Source of the DNA: Oscillibacter sp.
GTDB lineage: Bacteria > Bacillota > Clostridia > Oscillospirales > Oscillospiraceae
Length of the DNA stretch: 64,000 nt
Direction: 5' to 3'
NCBI GenBank assembly: GCA_022652815.1
Contig: JALCRR010000002.1
Location: 46,951 to 110,950, forward strand
The translations under genes were made by a program, and so were the position numbers. Shown piece by piece: positions 50,187-58,494 of the stretch (positions are counted from its first letter, which is position 1; every line of letters begins with the position of its first letter). Below the pieces are notes generated by a model. It worked only from the letters and a program-made list of their open reading frames with translations. It was not told the origin of the DNA and made no database searches.

Positions 50187-50375
50187 TTATTCAAACGGCC
50201 TTGCCATCTGAACGAGAGAGATGCACTTTGCTTCCCGCACTCGCCGCACCGCACGCGCAAAGCGCGCACGTTAGCGAGCTGAGAAGAATATTTGGGCAGG
50301 TACACGCCCTGCCCAAATAAGATCTTCCTTTATTTTACTGCTGAGACAGCAAATTTATTTGAAACCTTATTCAAA
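50187..50375. mobile_element. Candidate MITE/REP-like structured intergenic element
   Basis: TTATTCAAA direct repeats at 50187-50195 and 50367-50375 flank nested stems, including TATTTGGGCAGG / CCTGCCCAAATA. No coding capacity. Confidence 0.4.
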
Positions 50376-50408
50376 AACAGGGGCTCGCAAATTGCGAACC
50401 CCTGTTTT
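50374..50408. terminator. Terminator-like hairpin
   Basis: AAAACAGGGG.TCGCAA / TTGCGA.CCCCTGTTTT. Confidence 0.7.
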
Positions 50409-50425
50409 GACGCAGGAGTTAATTA

Positions 50426-50860
50426 ATGAAAACTGTTACTATTTATACCGACGGGGCGTGCTCCGGCAATCCCGGCCCCGGTGGCTGGGGCGCAGTGCTG
50501 CTGTACGGAGAGCATCAAAAAGAGCTTTCCGGCGGCGAGGCACAGACCACCAACAACCGCATGGAACTGACGGCCGTCATTTCCGCACTGGAGCTTTTGA
50601 AGGAGCCGTGTACCGTGGAGTTGTGGAGCGATTCCAAGTATGTGATCGATGGACTTTCCAAGGGCTGGGCAAAATCCTGGCGGGCACGGGGCTGGAAAAA
50701 AGCCGACAAAAAGCCGGCGCTGAACCCGGAGCTATGGGAAAGACTTTTAAACTTGACGGAGATCCATACGTTACACTATCACTGGGTCAAGGGTCACGCG
50801 GACAACGCGTACAACAATCGCTGCGACGAACTGGCGGTGGCCGAGAGCCACAAATTCTGA
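50426..50860 (+). CDS. rnhA: Ribonuclease HI
   Basis: [17 protein letters not shown]; TTNNRMEL; SDSKY; WVKGHA....N.RCD.LA. Confidence 0.97.
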   Translation: MKTVTIYTDGACSGNPGPGGWGAVLLYGEHQKELSGGEAQTTNNRMELTAVISALELLKEPCTVELWSDSKYVIDGLSKGWAKSWRARGWKKADKKPALNPELWERLLNLTEIHTLHYHWVKGHADNAYNNRCDELAVAESHKF

Positions 50861-50886
50861 AAACGACAAGGGATAAGGAAAAACGT

Positions 50887-51072
50887 ATGAAAAGAAATTC
50901 GACGCTAAGCTGGCTGATTGCCCTGCTGCTGGGTATTCTCATTCTGGTTTTGGAGCTTTTATATCGGGCGGGGCTTTGCTCCTGGGCTACAGCTTTCAAT
51001 ACCCACTCCCTGGTGCCGGGCATTCTTCTGATCGTGGTTGCTGCGGGAGGCATGCTGTTTCGCCGGAAATAA
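50887..51072 (+). CDS. Small 2-TM hypothetical membrane protein (61 aa)
   Basis: ATG with AAGGA RBS; two hydrophobic helices and a basic C-terminus. Confidence 0.6.
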   Translation: MKRNSTLSWLIALLLGILILVLELLYRAGLCSWATAFNTHSLVPGILLIVVAAGGMLFRRK

Positions 51073-51242
51073 GCAAAGCGGCCTTGCATGGGGGATTGCA
51101 TGAAATAGGCGCTTTTTCGGTCGTTCACAAAACGTTTACATCAAAAACACGATTCGGTCATAAAATTCGGGTATCTTAAGAATCAAGCAAAGGGTCCTCC
51201 CAGCCCGATGCGATTTTTTCTCCCTCCTAAAACACACACAAC

Positions 51243-51272
51243 AAAAAGAGCAGCCGAAAGGCGGCTCTTTTT
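51243..51272. terminator. Bidirectional terminator
   Basis: AAAAAGAGC.GCC-GAAA-GGC.GCTCTTTTT. Confidence 0.7.
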
Positions 51273-51404
51273 GTTGCATTGTCAGACAACGCACGAAATT
51301 TTAAACTTGTTGGGCGAAATGGCAGTATGTTAAGATAAACCATACAAAAATTGCCTGCGCTGCATAGCTCTGGCGAAAAAATTAGTGTAAAGAAGGAAGA
51401 ACGC

Positions 51405-52445
51405 ATGAAAAAACTGATATCTTTGGCTCTGGCTCTCACATTAACCACAGCTTTGCTGGCAGGCTGCGGTAAAACGGCATCCGCCGGTAGCTCCGGTGCG
51501 GCAGCAGCATCCGGCTCCTCCCAGTTTGAGAAAATGACCTGGAAGTTTTCCACGTCTGGTGGAGAACAGTCGACCTGGGCGGTTGCCGGCAAGTATTTTG
51601 CCGAGCTGATTTCCGATGCAACCGACGGCGCTGTGACCGTGGAGTGCTACCCTTCCGATCAGCTGACCTCCGGATCTCAAGTGGATGGCATTCAGGCTTT
51701 GATGGATGGCACTACGGACATTTCCATGCACTCCAATCTGATCTATTCCTCCTTTGACCCTCGCTTCAACGTGGTCTCTCTCCCCTTCCTGTTCTCCTCC
51801 TATGAGGACGCCGACGCGAAGCTGGACGGTGACGGCGGCGCAGCGCTGCAGGACGTTCTGGATCAGTATGCCCTGCACTGCATGGGCATCGGCGAAAATG
51901 GCTTCCGTGATCCCACCAACTCCAAGCACGAGATCCAGAGCCCGGCCGACATGAAGAATATGAAAATCCGCGTGGCTGGCTCCGCCCTTTTGAACCGGGA
52001 GTATGAGCTGTGGGGCGCAGACTATGCCAACGCCAACTGGTCTGAGGTGTTTACCGCCCTGCAGACCGGTACTTACGACGGTCAGGAAAACCCCCTCACG
52101 GCTGCCGACTCCGCCTCCATTCAAGAAGTGCAGAAATACTGCACCCTGTGGACCGGCACCTATGACTGCGCCTTTTTCTGCATGAATAAGGATCTCTACG
52201 AGTCCCTGTCCCCCGAGCTGCAGAAGATTGTGGACGAATGCGGACATGAGACTCTGGTTTATCAGCGGGAAATCAGCCGCAATCAGAACGACGACATCAT
52301 TGCCAAGTGGGAAGCTGCCGGCGTGACCTTCACCGAGCTGACCGACGAGCAGGCACGGGTATTCAAGGACGCTTCAGCCGCCTGCTATGACGAATTTTCC
52401 GAGGAACTGACCCCGGAGCTGATCTCCGCCTTTACCGGCGAATAA
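51405..52445 (+). CDS. dctP: TRAP transporter substrate-binding lipoprotein DctP
   Basis: Lipobox LAGC; F.V..LPFLF; ENGFR; DMK.MKIRV; EVFTALQTG..DGQENP. Confidence 0.92.
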   Translation: MKKLISLALALTLTTALLAGCGKTASAGSSGAAAASGSSQFEKMTWKFSTSGGEQSTWAVAGKYFAELISDATDGAVTVECYPSDQLTSGSQVDGIQALMDGTTDISMHSNLIYSSFDPRFNVVSLPFLFSSYEDADAKLDGDGGAALQDVLDQYALHCMGIGENGFRDPTNSKHEIQSPADMKNMKIRVAGSALLNREYELWGADYANANWSEVFTALQTGTYDGQENPLTAADSASIQEVQKYCTLWTGTYDCAFFCMNKDLYESLSPELQKIVDECGHETLVYQREISRNQNDDIIAKWEAAGVTFTELTDEQARVFKDASAACYDEFSEELTPELISAFTGE

Positions 52446-52476
52446 GTACCGTAAAAAATAAATTCGGTTTTCAACC

Positions 52477-52510
52477 AAACGCCGCACCGAAACTTCGGTG
52501 CGGCGTTTTT
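52477..52510 (+). terminator. Intrinsic terminator
   Basis: AAACGCCGCACCGAA-AC-TTCGGTGCGGCGTTT plus T-run. Confidence 0.85.
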
Positions 52511-52597
52511 ATCGGTAGAAGTAAGAAAATCCACAAGAAAATGGCAGTGGGGAAAGACCGCTCAAACAGTTCCTTTTACGGAATCTGACGGGTTTTC

Positions 52598-52626
52598 TTG
52601 CAAACTGCCGCAGTTCGGGGTAAGAT
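52598..52626 (+). promoter_or_regulatory. sigma-A promoter of nadE
   Basis: TTGCAA-17-TAAGAT. Confidence 0.65.
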
Positions 52627-52660
52627 ACAGGGGAAAAGATCTTCCTTTGGAGGCGATTTT

Positions 52661-54580
52661 ATGAAAGACGGTTTTATTTCTGTTGCCTGCGGCACACCCA
52701 ACCTTCGACTGGGCGACTGCGACTATAATGCGGAGCAGACCTTTCTGCTGATGCGCAAGGCCGAACAGGCGGGCGTCAAAGTTTTGGTGCTGCCGGAGCT
52801 GGGACTCACGGGCTATACCTGCGGCGACCTGTTTTATCAAGAGACGCTGCTGCGAGGCGCCGAGGCGGCGCTGGCTACCGTACTCGAGGCCACCCGCAAT
52901 CTGGAGGTAGTCACGGCAGTCGGTTTGCCGGTACGATCCAATAACAAACTGTATAATTGCGCTGCAATTATACAAAAAGGAAATATTCTGGGCTTGGTAC
53001 CCAAGAAACATATTCCCAATTACGGCGAGTTTTACGAAAAGCGGCAGTTTACCCCGGCACCGGAGCCGGGTACGTCGGCCTTTGCGACGCTGTGCGGGGA
53101 CGAGTATTTGCTCTCTGCGGGGCAGACGTTCCGCTGCAAGAATATTCCCGAGCTGGTTTTGGGCTTTGAAATCTGCGAGGATTTGTGGGTGCCGGACTCT
53201 CCCTCTGCCACGATGGCGCAGGCGGGAGCAACCATTATCGGCAATCTCTCCGCCAGCAACGAGTGCCTGGGCAAGGACGCCTACCGCCGCCAGCTGGTGA
53301 CCATGCAGAGCGCCAAGCTGCTGTGCGGCTATCTCTATTCCAGCGCCGGTGAGGGCGAATCCACTTCGGACGTGGTGTTCGGCGCTCACCAGATGATTGC
53401 CGAAAATGGCACGCTGCTGGCTGAGCAGCGCTTTGAGGGCGGTTTACTGATTTCGGAAATCGACGTGCAGCGCCTTGCCTATGAGCGCCGCCGTACACAG
53501 GTTGTGGATGAGCGCCCTGCCATAGACGGGGTACCGCTGTTTGCGCTGACGGAGTCCAAGACGAAACTGACCCGCTATGTAGCGCCCCAGCCCTTTGTTC
53601 CCGAGGGACGCGAGGATCGCGACGCCCGCTGCCGGGAAATTCTGCTGATTGCCTCGCTGGGATTGAAGCACCGGCTGGAGCACACCCACGCAAAAACCGC
53701 CGTGGTGGGCCTTTCCGGCGGACTGGATTCCACGCTGGCGGTGCTGATTACGGGACTTGCCATGAAGATGCTAAACCGTCCCATGACGGACATCGTGGCC
53801 GTCACCATGCCCTGCTTCGGCACGACGGACCGCACAAAAAACAATGCGGTCATTCTCGCCGAGCGGATGGGGGCAACCCTGCGCACGGTGGACATCTCCG
53901 AGACCGTCCGCAAGCATTTTAAGGATATCGGCCACGATATGGCCGACCATTCTGTGACCTTTGAAAACGGGCAGGCCCGGGAACGGACCCAGGTTCTGAT
54001 GGATTTGGCGAACCAGACCGGTGGCCTGGTCATCGGCACCGGTGACCTTTCCGAGCTGGCTCTGGGCTGGTGCACCTACAATGGCGACCACATGAGCAAT
54101 TACGCCGTCAACTGCTCCATCCCCAAGACGCTGGTACGGCATCTGGTGGCGTATCTTGCCCGGGACAACGCGGAAAAGGACGCAGAGCTTCGGGATGTGT
54201 TGGAGGATATTCTAGACACCCCCGTCTCCCCGGAGCTGCTGCCGGCAGTCAAGGGAGAAATCTCCCAGAAAACCGAGGATCTTGTGGGCCCGTACGAGCT
54301 CCACGATTTCTTCCTGTATTATATCGTGCGCTGGGGATTTTCTCCCCGGAAGGTGTTTCGTCTGGCGGAGTATGCGCTGGGCGGACAGTACAGCCGGGAT
54401 GTCATTTTGAAGTGGCTCAAGACCTTCTACCGCCGGTTTTTCTCCCAGCAGTTCAAGCGCAACTGCCTGCCTGATGGCCCGAAGGTTGGCTCGGTGGCCT
54501 TCTCTCCCCGCGGCGACTGGCGGATGCCAAGTGACGCACAGGCCGCGCTGTGGCAGGCGGAACTGGACACGCTGCAATGA
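52661..54580 (+). CDS. nadE: Glutamine-dependent NAD+ synthetase
   Basis: Nitrilase domain (PEL..TGY.CGD; PNY.EFYE.R; EICEDLW) plus NADS domain (GLSGGLDST; ENGQARER; GTGDLSE). Confidence 0.95.
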   Translation: MKDGFISVACGTPNLRLGDCDYNAEQTFLLMRKAEQAGVKVLVLPELGLTGYTCGDLFYQETLLRGAEAALATVLEATRNLEVVTAVGLPVRSNNKLYNCAAIIQKGNILGLVPKKHIPNYGEFYEKRQFTPAPEPGTSAFATLCGDEYLLSAGQTFRCKNIPELVLGFEICEDLWVPDSPSATMAQAGATIIGNLSASNECLGKDAYRRQLVTMQSAKLLCGYLYSSAGEGESTSDVVFGAHQMIAENGTLLAEQRFEGGLLISEIDVQRLAYERRRTQVVDERPAIDGVPLFALTESKTKLTRYVAPQPFVPEGREDRDARCREILLIASLGLKHRLEHTHAKTAVVGLSGGLDSTLAVLITGLAMKMLNRPMTDIVAVTMPCFGTTDRTKNNAVILAERMGATLRTVDISETVRKHFKDIGHDMADHSVTFENGQARERTQVLMDLANQTGGLVIGTGDLSELALGWCTYNGDHMSNYAVNCSIPKTLVRHLVAYLARDNAEKDAELRDVLEDILDTPVSPELLPAVKGEISQKTEDLVGPYELHDFFLYYIVRWGFSPRKVFRLAEYALGGQYSRDVILKWLKTFYRRFFSQQFKRNCLPDGPKVGSVAFSPRGDWRMPSDAQAALWQAELDTLQ

Positions 54581-54712
54581 GTGATTTTTGAGAAGCCAGT
54601 CGCCATCAAGGGTTCTCACTGAAGGGGCACAGCCTTTTCGGTGGGAAGAGTAGACACATAGCAAGGAAGGGAATCCTGCGGTTCACGGAAAAAATCAGAG
54701 AGGGAATCTGTC

Positions 54713-55474
54713 ATGAGAAGAAAACAGGGGTTCACCCTCATGGAGTTGCTGATCGTGGTGGCCATAATCGCCGTTTTATTGACGGTGGCCATCCCTGCGT
54801 TCAGCGGCGTCATCGAGCGGACAAAAAAGGCACAGGCGTTGGCGGACTGCCGCATCTGTGTGAGTGCGGCCGCGGCCCATCTGATGACCGATGGCTCCGC
54901 TGCAAAAGAAACGGTGGCTCAGTCCGCCGGGGTTTCCGGCACCGTGGACCTGCTGGAGACGGAAAATGGCGGGGTCAAACGGCTGCAATACACCTCAATC
55001 CATCAGGTGACGGTCCTCTACAATGGCGGGTATGCCTACGTGGAACACAATTCTCTGCCCGATTTGACCACAAAAATGAATACGGCGCTGCAAAGTATTT
55101 TGGAGGCCAACGGCGGAGATTACAGCAAACCGTCCGGAACAAGTCAGCACGGCTGGGATTTGCTGTACGAGAAGTTTGTAGAGGCCAACGGGGGCCACGA
55201 TCTTGCGCTGACGGCAGAGGAGATTGCGCTGACCCGAGCAGACGTCCCCTTGTACTGGAAGCCCATTAAGGCTGGCAGCGGTGATGTTTTTCTCATCGCC
55301 GTAACGGGTGGAACGTCCAATATGGCGTATCTGATTTATTCCGGTGGAGTCTACTACTATCATGACAACGGCTATGGGAGAAAAGACAGAGCCTTTGTCA
55401 GCGACCAGGGAAATTACAATTTGGACGCTGAACTGAATGTCCAGACCGGGAGCCGCTGGGTCCAATGCGGCTGA
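54713..55474 (+). CDS. Type IV pilin-like protein (prepilin N-terminal cleavage/methylation motif)
   Basis: Class III signal MRRKQG|FTLMELLIVVAIIAVLLTVAIP with E5; C-terminal domain not recognised. Confidence 0.85.
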   Translation: MRRKQGFTLMELLIVVAIIAVLLTVAIPAFSGVIERTKKAQALADCRICVSAAAAHLMTDGSAAKETVAQSAGVSGTVDLLETENGGVKRLQYTSIHQVTVLYNGGYAYVEHNSLPDLTTKMNTALQSILEANGGDYSKPSGTSQHGWDLLYEKFVEANGGHDLALTAEEIALTRADVPLYWKPIKAGSGDVFLIAVTGGTSNMAYLIYSGGVYYYHDNGYGRKDRAFVSDQGNYNLDAELNVQTGSRWVQCG

Positions 55475-55504
55475 ATGTCCCCGCACAACTATTTTTGCGC
55501 AGAA

Positions 55505-55534
55505 AAAAAGACATCCCATTTGGGATGTCTTTTT
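55505..55534. terminator. Bidirectional terminator
   Basis: AAAAAGACATCCC-ATTT-GGGATGTCTTTTT. Confidence 0.85.
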
Positions 55535-55546
55535 GGTTTGGCTTTA

Positions 55547-55810
55547 TCAGCCGATCTTGTTCATGGCCAGGGTCATGGCGCTCTTGCGATGAGCAGCCGT
55601 GTTCTTGTGCAGAATGCCCTTAGCAACAGCCTGATCGACTCTCTTCACTGCGACTTTGTATGCGCCATCGGCCTCGGTGCGATTGCCTTCTGCGGCAGCG
55701 ACCTCGAACTTTTTGATGGCGGTCTTCAGCTCGGACTTCTCAGCCTTATTGCGGGCGTTTCTCACTTCGGCGATCAGAACGCGCTTTTTGGCAGACTTGA
55801 TATTCGGCAA
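55547..55810 (-). CDS. rpsT: 30S ribosomal protein S20
   Basis: MPNIKSAKKR; KGILHKNTAAHRKS. TTG start after GGAGGT. Promoter TTGCTT (55897-55892)-17-TAAAAT (55874-55869). Confidence 0.97.
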   Translation of the reverse strand: MPNIKSAKKRVLIAEVRNARNKAEKSELKTAIKKFEVAAAEGNRTEADGAYKVAVKRVDQAVAKGILHKNTAAHRKSAMTLAMNKIG

Positions 55811-55996
55811 ACCAAACACCTCCTTCGGCATATCCACGGGAGAACATAATTCTACCGTGCAGAATGATATTTTAGCAGTTCTTTCAAGAAAAAGCAAGGA
55901 CTTTTTTACATTTTCCAAACATTTTTTGCATATTGTGTCGATCTGCGCAAAACCTAATCCAAACACACAAGATTTTGGGGTTTGGGAGATGGGTTT

Positions 55997-56893
55997 ATGT
56001 TTGCAAAACGGACAGACCTTGCGCTGGAAGCCCGAGAACTGTGGCAGGAGTCGGCGGAAAACACCACAAAACTGGCGGGAGTGAAAGCGGTGAAGCGAAA
56101 ACAGGAGGGCTACCCGGTGACGGCGGTGGAAATTTTGGATGGCCGGGGCTCCGAAGCGCTGGGCAAACCGGAGGGCACGTACTGCACGTTGGACCTAACC
56201 GCCTTCTGGCAGCGAAAGCCGGACTTTTTTGACCGGGCGGTGCGGGCGGTGGGCTCGGAGCTGAAGGCGGCCTTGCCGCCGGAGGGAGCCGCGCTGGTGG
56301 TTGGGCTGGGCAACGCCGCCATGACGCCGGACGCCGTGGGGCCGGAGGTGCTCTCGCATCTGCTGATTACCCGGCACTTGATTGCCTCCATGCCCCGGCA
56401 ATTTTCCGGGTTTCGACCTGTGGCGGCCTTTGCCGCCGGCGTTCTGGGGACCACGGGCGTGGAATCCGCCGAGGCGGTCAAGAGCTTGATTAAAACCGTG
56501 CAGCCGGATTTTGTTATCGCCGTGGACGCGCTGGCCTCCCGGCGGATGGGGCGGGTATGCAACACGGTGCAGCTTTCGGACACGGGGATCCTCCCCGGCT
56601 CCGGCGTGGGCAACCAACGCATGGCGCTGAATAAAAAGACGCTGGGTGTGCCGGTGTTTGCCGTGGGCGTGCCCACCGTGGTGGACGCCGCCACCCTATG
56701 CGCCGACCTTCTGGAGGAATCCGGCATTACAGACTTTGACGAGAAGAAGCTGCGCAGCAAGAACAAGGGCATGACCGTGACACCCCGGGATATCGATGCA
56801 CAGGTGCGAGATCTTTCCAAGGTGATTGGCTACGGAATCGACTGGGCCTTGCAGGATCTGGAGGTCGCGGAGATCAATGCCCTGCTGAGCTGA
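55997..56893 (+). CDS. gpr: GPR endopeptidase (spore germination protease)
   Basis: RTDLALEA; VVGLGN...TPDA.GP; GV.G.TG.E; IAVDALA; TVQLSDTGI.PGSGVGN.R; GVPTVVDA. Confidence 0.95.
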   Translation: MFAKRTDLALEARELWQESAENTTKLAGVKAVKRKQEGYPVTAVEILDGRGSEALGKPEGTYCTLDLTAFWQRKPDFFDRAVRAVGSELKAALPPEGAALVVGLGNAAMTPDAVGPEVLSHLLITRHLIASMPRQFSGFRPVAAFAAGVLGTTGVESAEAVKSLIKTVQPDFVIAVDALASRRMGRVCNTVQLSDTGILPGSGVGNQRMALNKKTLGVPVFAVGVPTVVDAATLCADLLEESGITDFDEKKLRSKNKGMTVTPRDIDAQVRDLSKVIGYGIDWALQDLEVAEINALLS

Positions 56894-56919
56894 AAAGAGT
56901 TTCTTTGATTTTGCCGACA

Positions 56920-56961
56920 GAGAACGCGCCGCCGCAGATTCTGCGGCGGCGCGTTGTTCTC
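56920..56961. terminator. Bidirectional terminator-like hairpin
   Basis: GAGAACGCGCCGCCGCAG / CTGCGGCGGCGCGTT..TTCTC. Confidence 0.75.
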
Positions 56962-56962
56962 A

Positions 56963-57847
56963 TTAGCGGGGAATCGTGAAGAACTGGGGGCCGTTCTCAT
57001 AGGGGGCAATCCAACCCTCGTCAAAGACCACGACCACGTTGCCATCCTTGTCCAGATAAAATTTCTGGGTTTCGTCAATGGGAACGTTTTTGTCCACCCA
57101 GAATTCTTGATAGTAGGCAATCAAGCGCGCATCGCCGCCGTCACGGATCTGCTGATCCACGGCGGAGGAGATCACGGACTTCCAGTCATCACCCAGAAGT
57201 CCCTGCAGCGTCAGATCTTCGCCGGTGGAAACATCCAGATTGTAGTAAAAGAGCGTGGTGGACGTGTCCTCCGTGTTGGTGGTGATGGTCTGCTGCTGGC
57301 GGATTAGGAAGGAGAGCGTGGAGTCGGAGGTGTAGTAGGTCTCATAGTCAAAATCGTAGCGGATGGGGGTAAAATCGGCGCTGGAATTGCCCATGGCAAT
57401 CCAGTTTTCCCGATACTCCGCAGCGTCCTTCTGGGCGGCGGCGTCCAGCGCGGAGATCTTTTCCTCAATCAGCGCGTTGGTGGAGGCTTCAAACGAGGAG
57501 TTTCCGGTGCCCTCCACTGCAGGTTGCTCGCCTTGAATGGAGACGGATTCGTTTTGCGTGTTCCACTGGCGGAACGTGACGACCCGGGCAACGCTGCCCA
57601 GAACCGGTACATCATCCACTGCGCTGGCAAATGCCGCACTGGTGTTCACCAGCACAACAAAGGCAAGACAGGCTGCCAGAGGGGCAGAGGCCCATCTGAG
57701 GTAATGGTGGCGGGGTGCGGGTTTTTCTGCGGTGCGGGGAGAGGACTGCTCGCTGTGAGCCTGCGCCAGCACACGGCTGCGAATCGTCTCCTGGTCGGCA
57801 ATGGACTCGGCGTAAACTGCGTCGGCCAGTTTTTCAATGTCGTTCAT
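56963..57847 (-). CDS. RsiV-family anti-sigma factor
   Basis: TM followed by VN.S..FA.A...VPVLG..ARVVTF (RsiV-like signal-peptidase region) and DUF3298-like FY.D..G..V..F.E..IAP tail. Confidence 0.8.
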   Translation of the reverse strand: MNDIEKLADAVYAESIADQETIRSRVLAQAHSEQSSPRTAEKPAPRHHYLRWASAPLAACLAFVVLVNTSAAFASAVDDVPVLGSVARVVTFRQWNTQNESVSIQGEQPAVEGTGNSSFEASTNALIEEKISALDAAAQKDAAEYRENWIAMGNSSADFTPIRYDFDYETYYTSDSTLSFLIRQQQTITTNTEDTSTTLFYYNLDVSTGEDLTLQGLLGDDWKSVISSAVDQQIRDGGDARLIAYYQEFWVDKNVPIDETQKFYLDKDGNVVVVFDEGWIAPYENGPQFFTIPR

Positions 57848-58386
57848 GAAATACTCCTTTCGAGTTTGCTGCTGATCTCCTGCGTCAGACGGAAAATGCT
57901 GCTGCGGACGGAAGTCTCCTTCTTCTTTTGCAGCTTTCCGATTTCCGCGTAGGAAAGACCAAAACAGTGGCGCAGGTAAAAAGCCTGCTGTAAATCCGGG
58001 GATTTGGTTTCGACCAGCTCCGCCACCGCCCGGATGGCGTCGCGGCTGACCATTTGCTCCTCTGGGGAAGCGGCTCTGTCCGGAATGGAGGAAAGCCAGC
58101 TGTTTCCCTCCTCCGAAAGATCGGATAAAGACAGAGGAATCAAGCGGTGACTGCGGTACCAGTCCGTCAGCTTTGACTTGGCGGTGGAGAGCACATAGGC
58201 CTCGGCGCAGGTAAAGGCGTCCTCCCCCTTTGCGTCCAGAATCCGGTAGACGGCAAGGTAGGTCTCCTGCAGAAGATCTTCCACATCCGAGAGATTCTGG
58301 CAGCGCGCCGTCAAGTAAGCGGCGGTCTTGCGGTAGGTGCGGTCATAGACTTGATTAAAAAGATCATCGGTTTGTGTGGGTTTCAA
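57844..58386 (-). CDS. ECF RNA polymerase sigma factor (SigV-like)
   Basis: Region 2 DVEDLLQETYL and region 4 F.LR...GLSY.EI; TTG start after GGAGGT; overlaps the anti-sigma start. Confidence 0.85.
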   Translation of the reverse strand: MKPTQTDDLFNQVYDRTYRKTAAYLTARCQNLSDVEDLLQETYLAVYRILDAKGEDAFTCAEAYVLSTAKSKLTDWYRSHRLIPLSLSDLSEEGNSWLSSIPDRAASPEEQMVSRDAIRAVAELVETKSPDLQQAFYLRHCFGLSYAEIGKLQKKKETSVRSSIFRLTQEISSKLERSIS

Positions 58387-58408
58387 AAACTCACCTCCTG
58401 CCAAATAA

Positions 58409-58434
58409 GACGGTGCTTTGGAAAGAATGTTGCA
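58409..58434 (-). promoter_or_regulatory. Autoregulatory ECF promoter
   Basis: TGCAAC-N16-CGTC directly upstream of the ECF gene. Confidence 0.7.
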
Positions 58435-58494
58435 AAAAAAGAAAAAAGAGTAGAAAAAACGCGCCTGCGGGGCAGACGCGCTTTAAAAATCCAA

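Noticed and set aside
50180-50425. rRNA operon or tRNA after gyrA (as in Bacillus)
   Set aside because: No rRNA sequence or tRNA cloverleaf/T-loop motif recognised here or elsewhere in the window.
51136-51186. 16-aa minus-strand ORF MILKIPEFYDRIVFLM with GGAGGA RBS
   Set aside because: A terminator at 51243-51272 would block upstream transcription and no promoter is visible in between.
54581-54712. Known c-di-GMP-I/II riboswitch
   Set aside because: Lacks the GCAAA/GNRA-receptor core of class I and the pseudoknot/kink-turn pattern of class II as far as I can judge by eye. Kept only as an unclassified structured leader.
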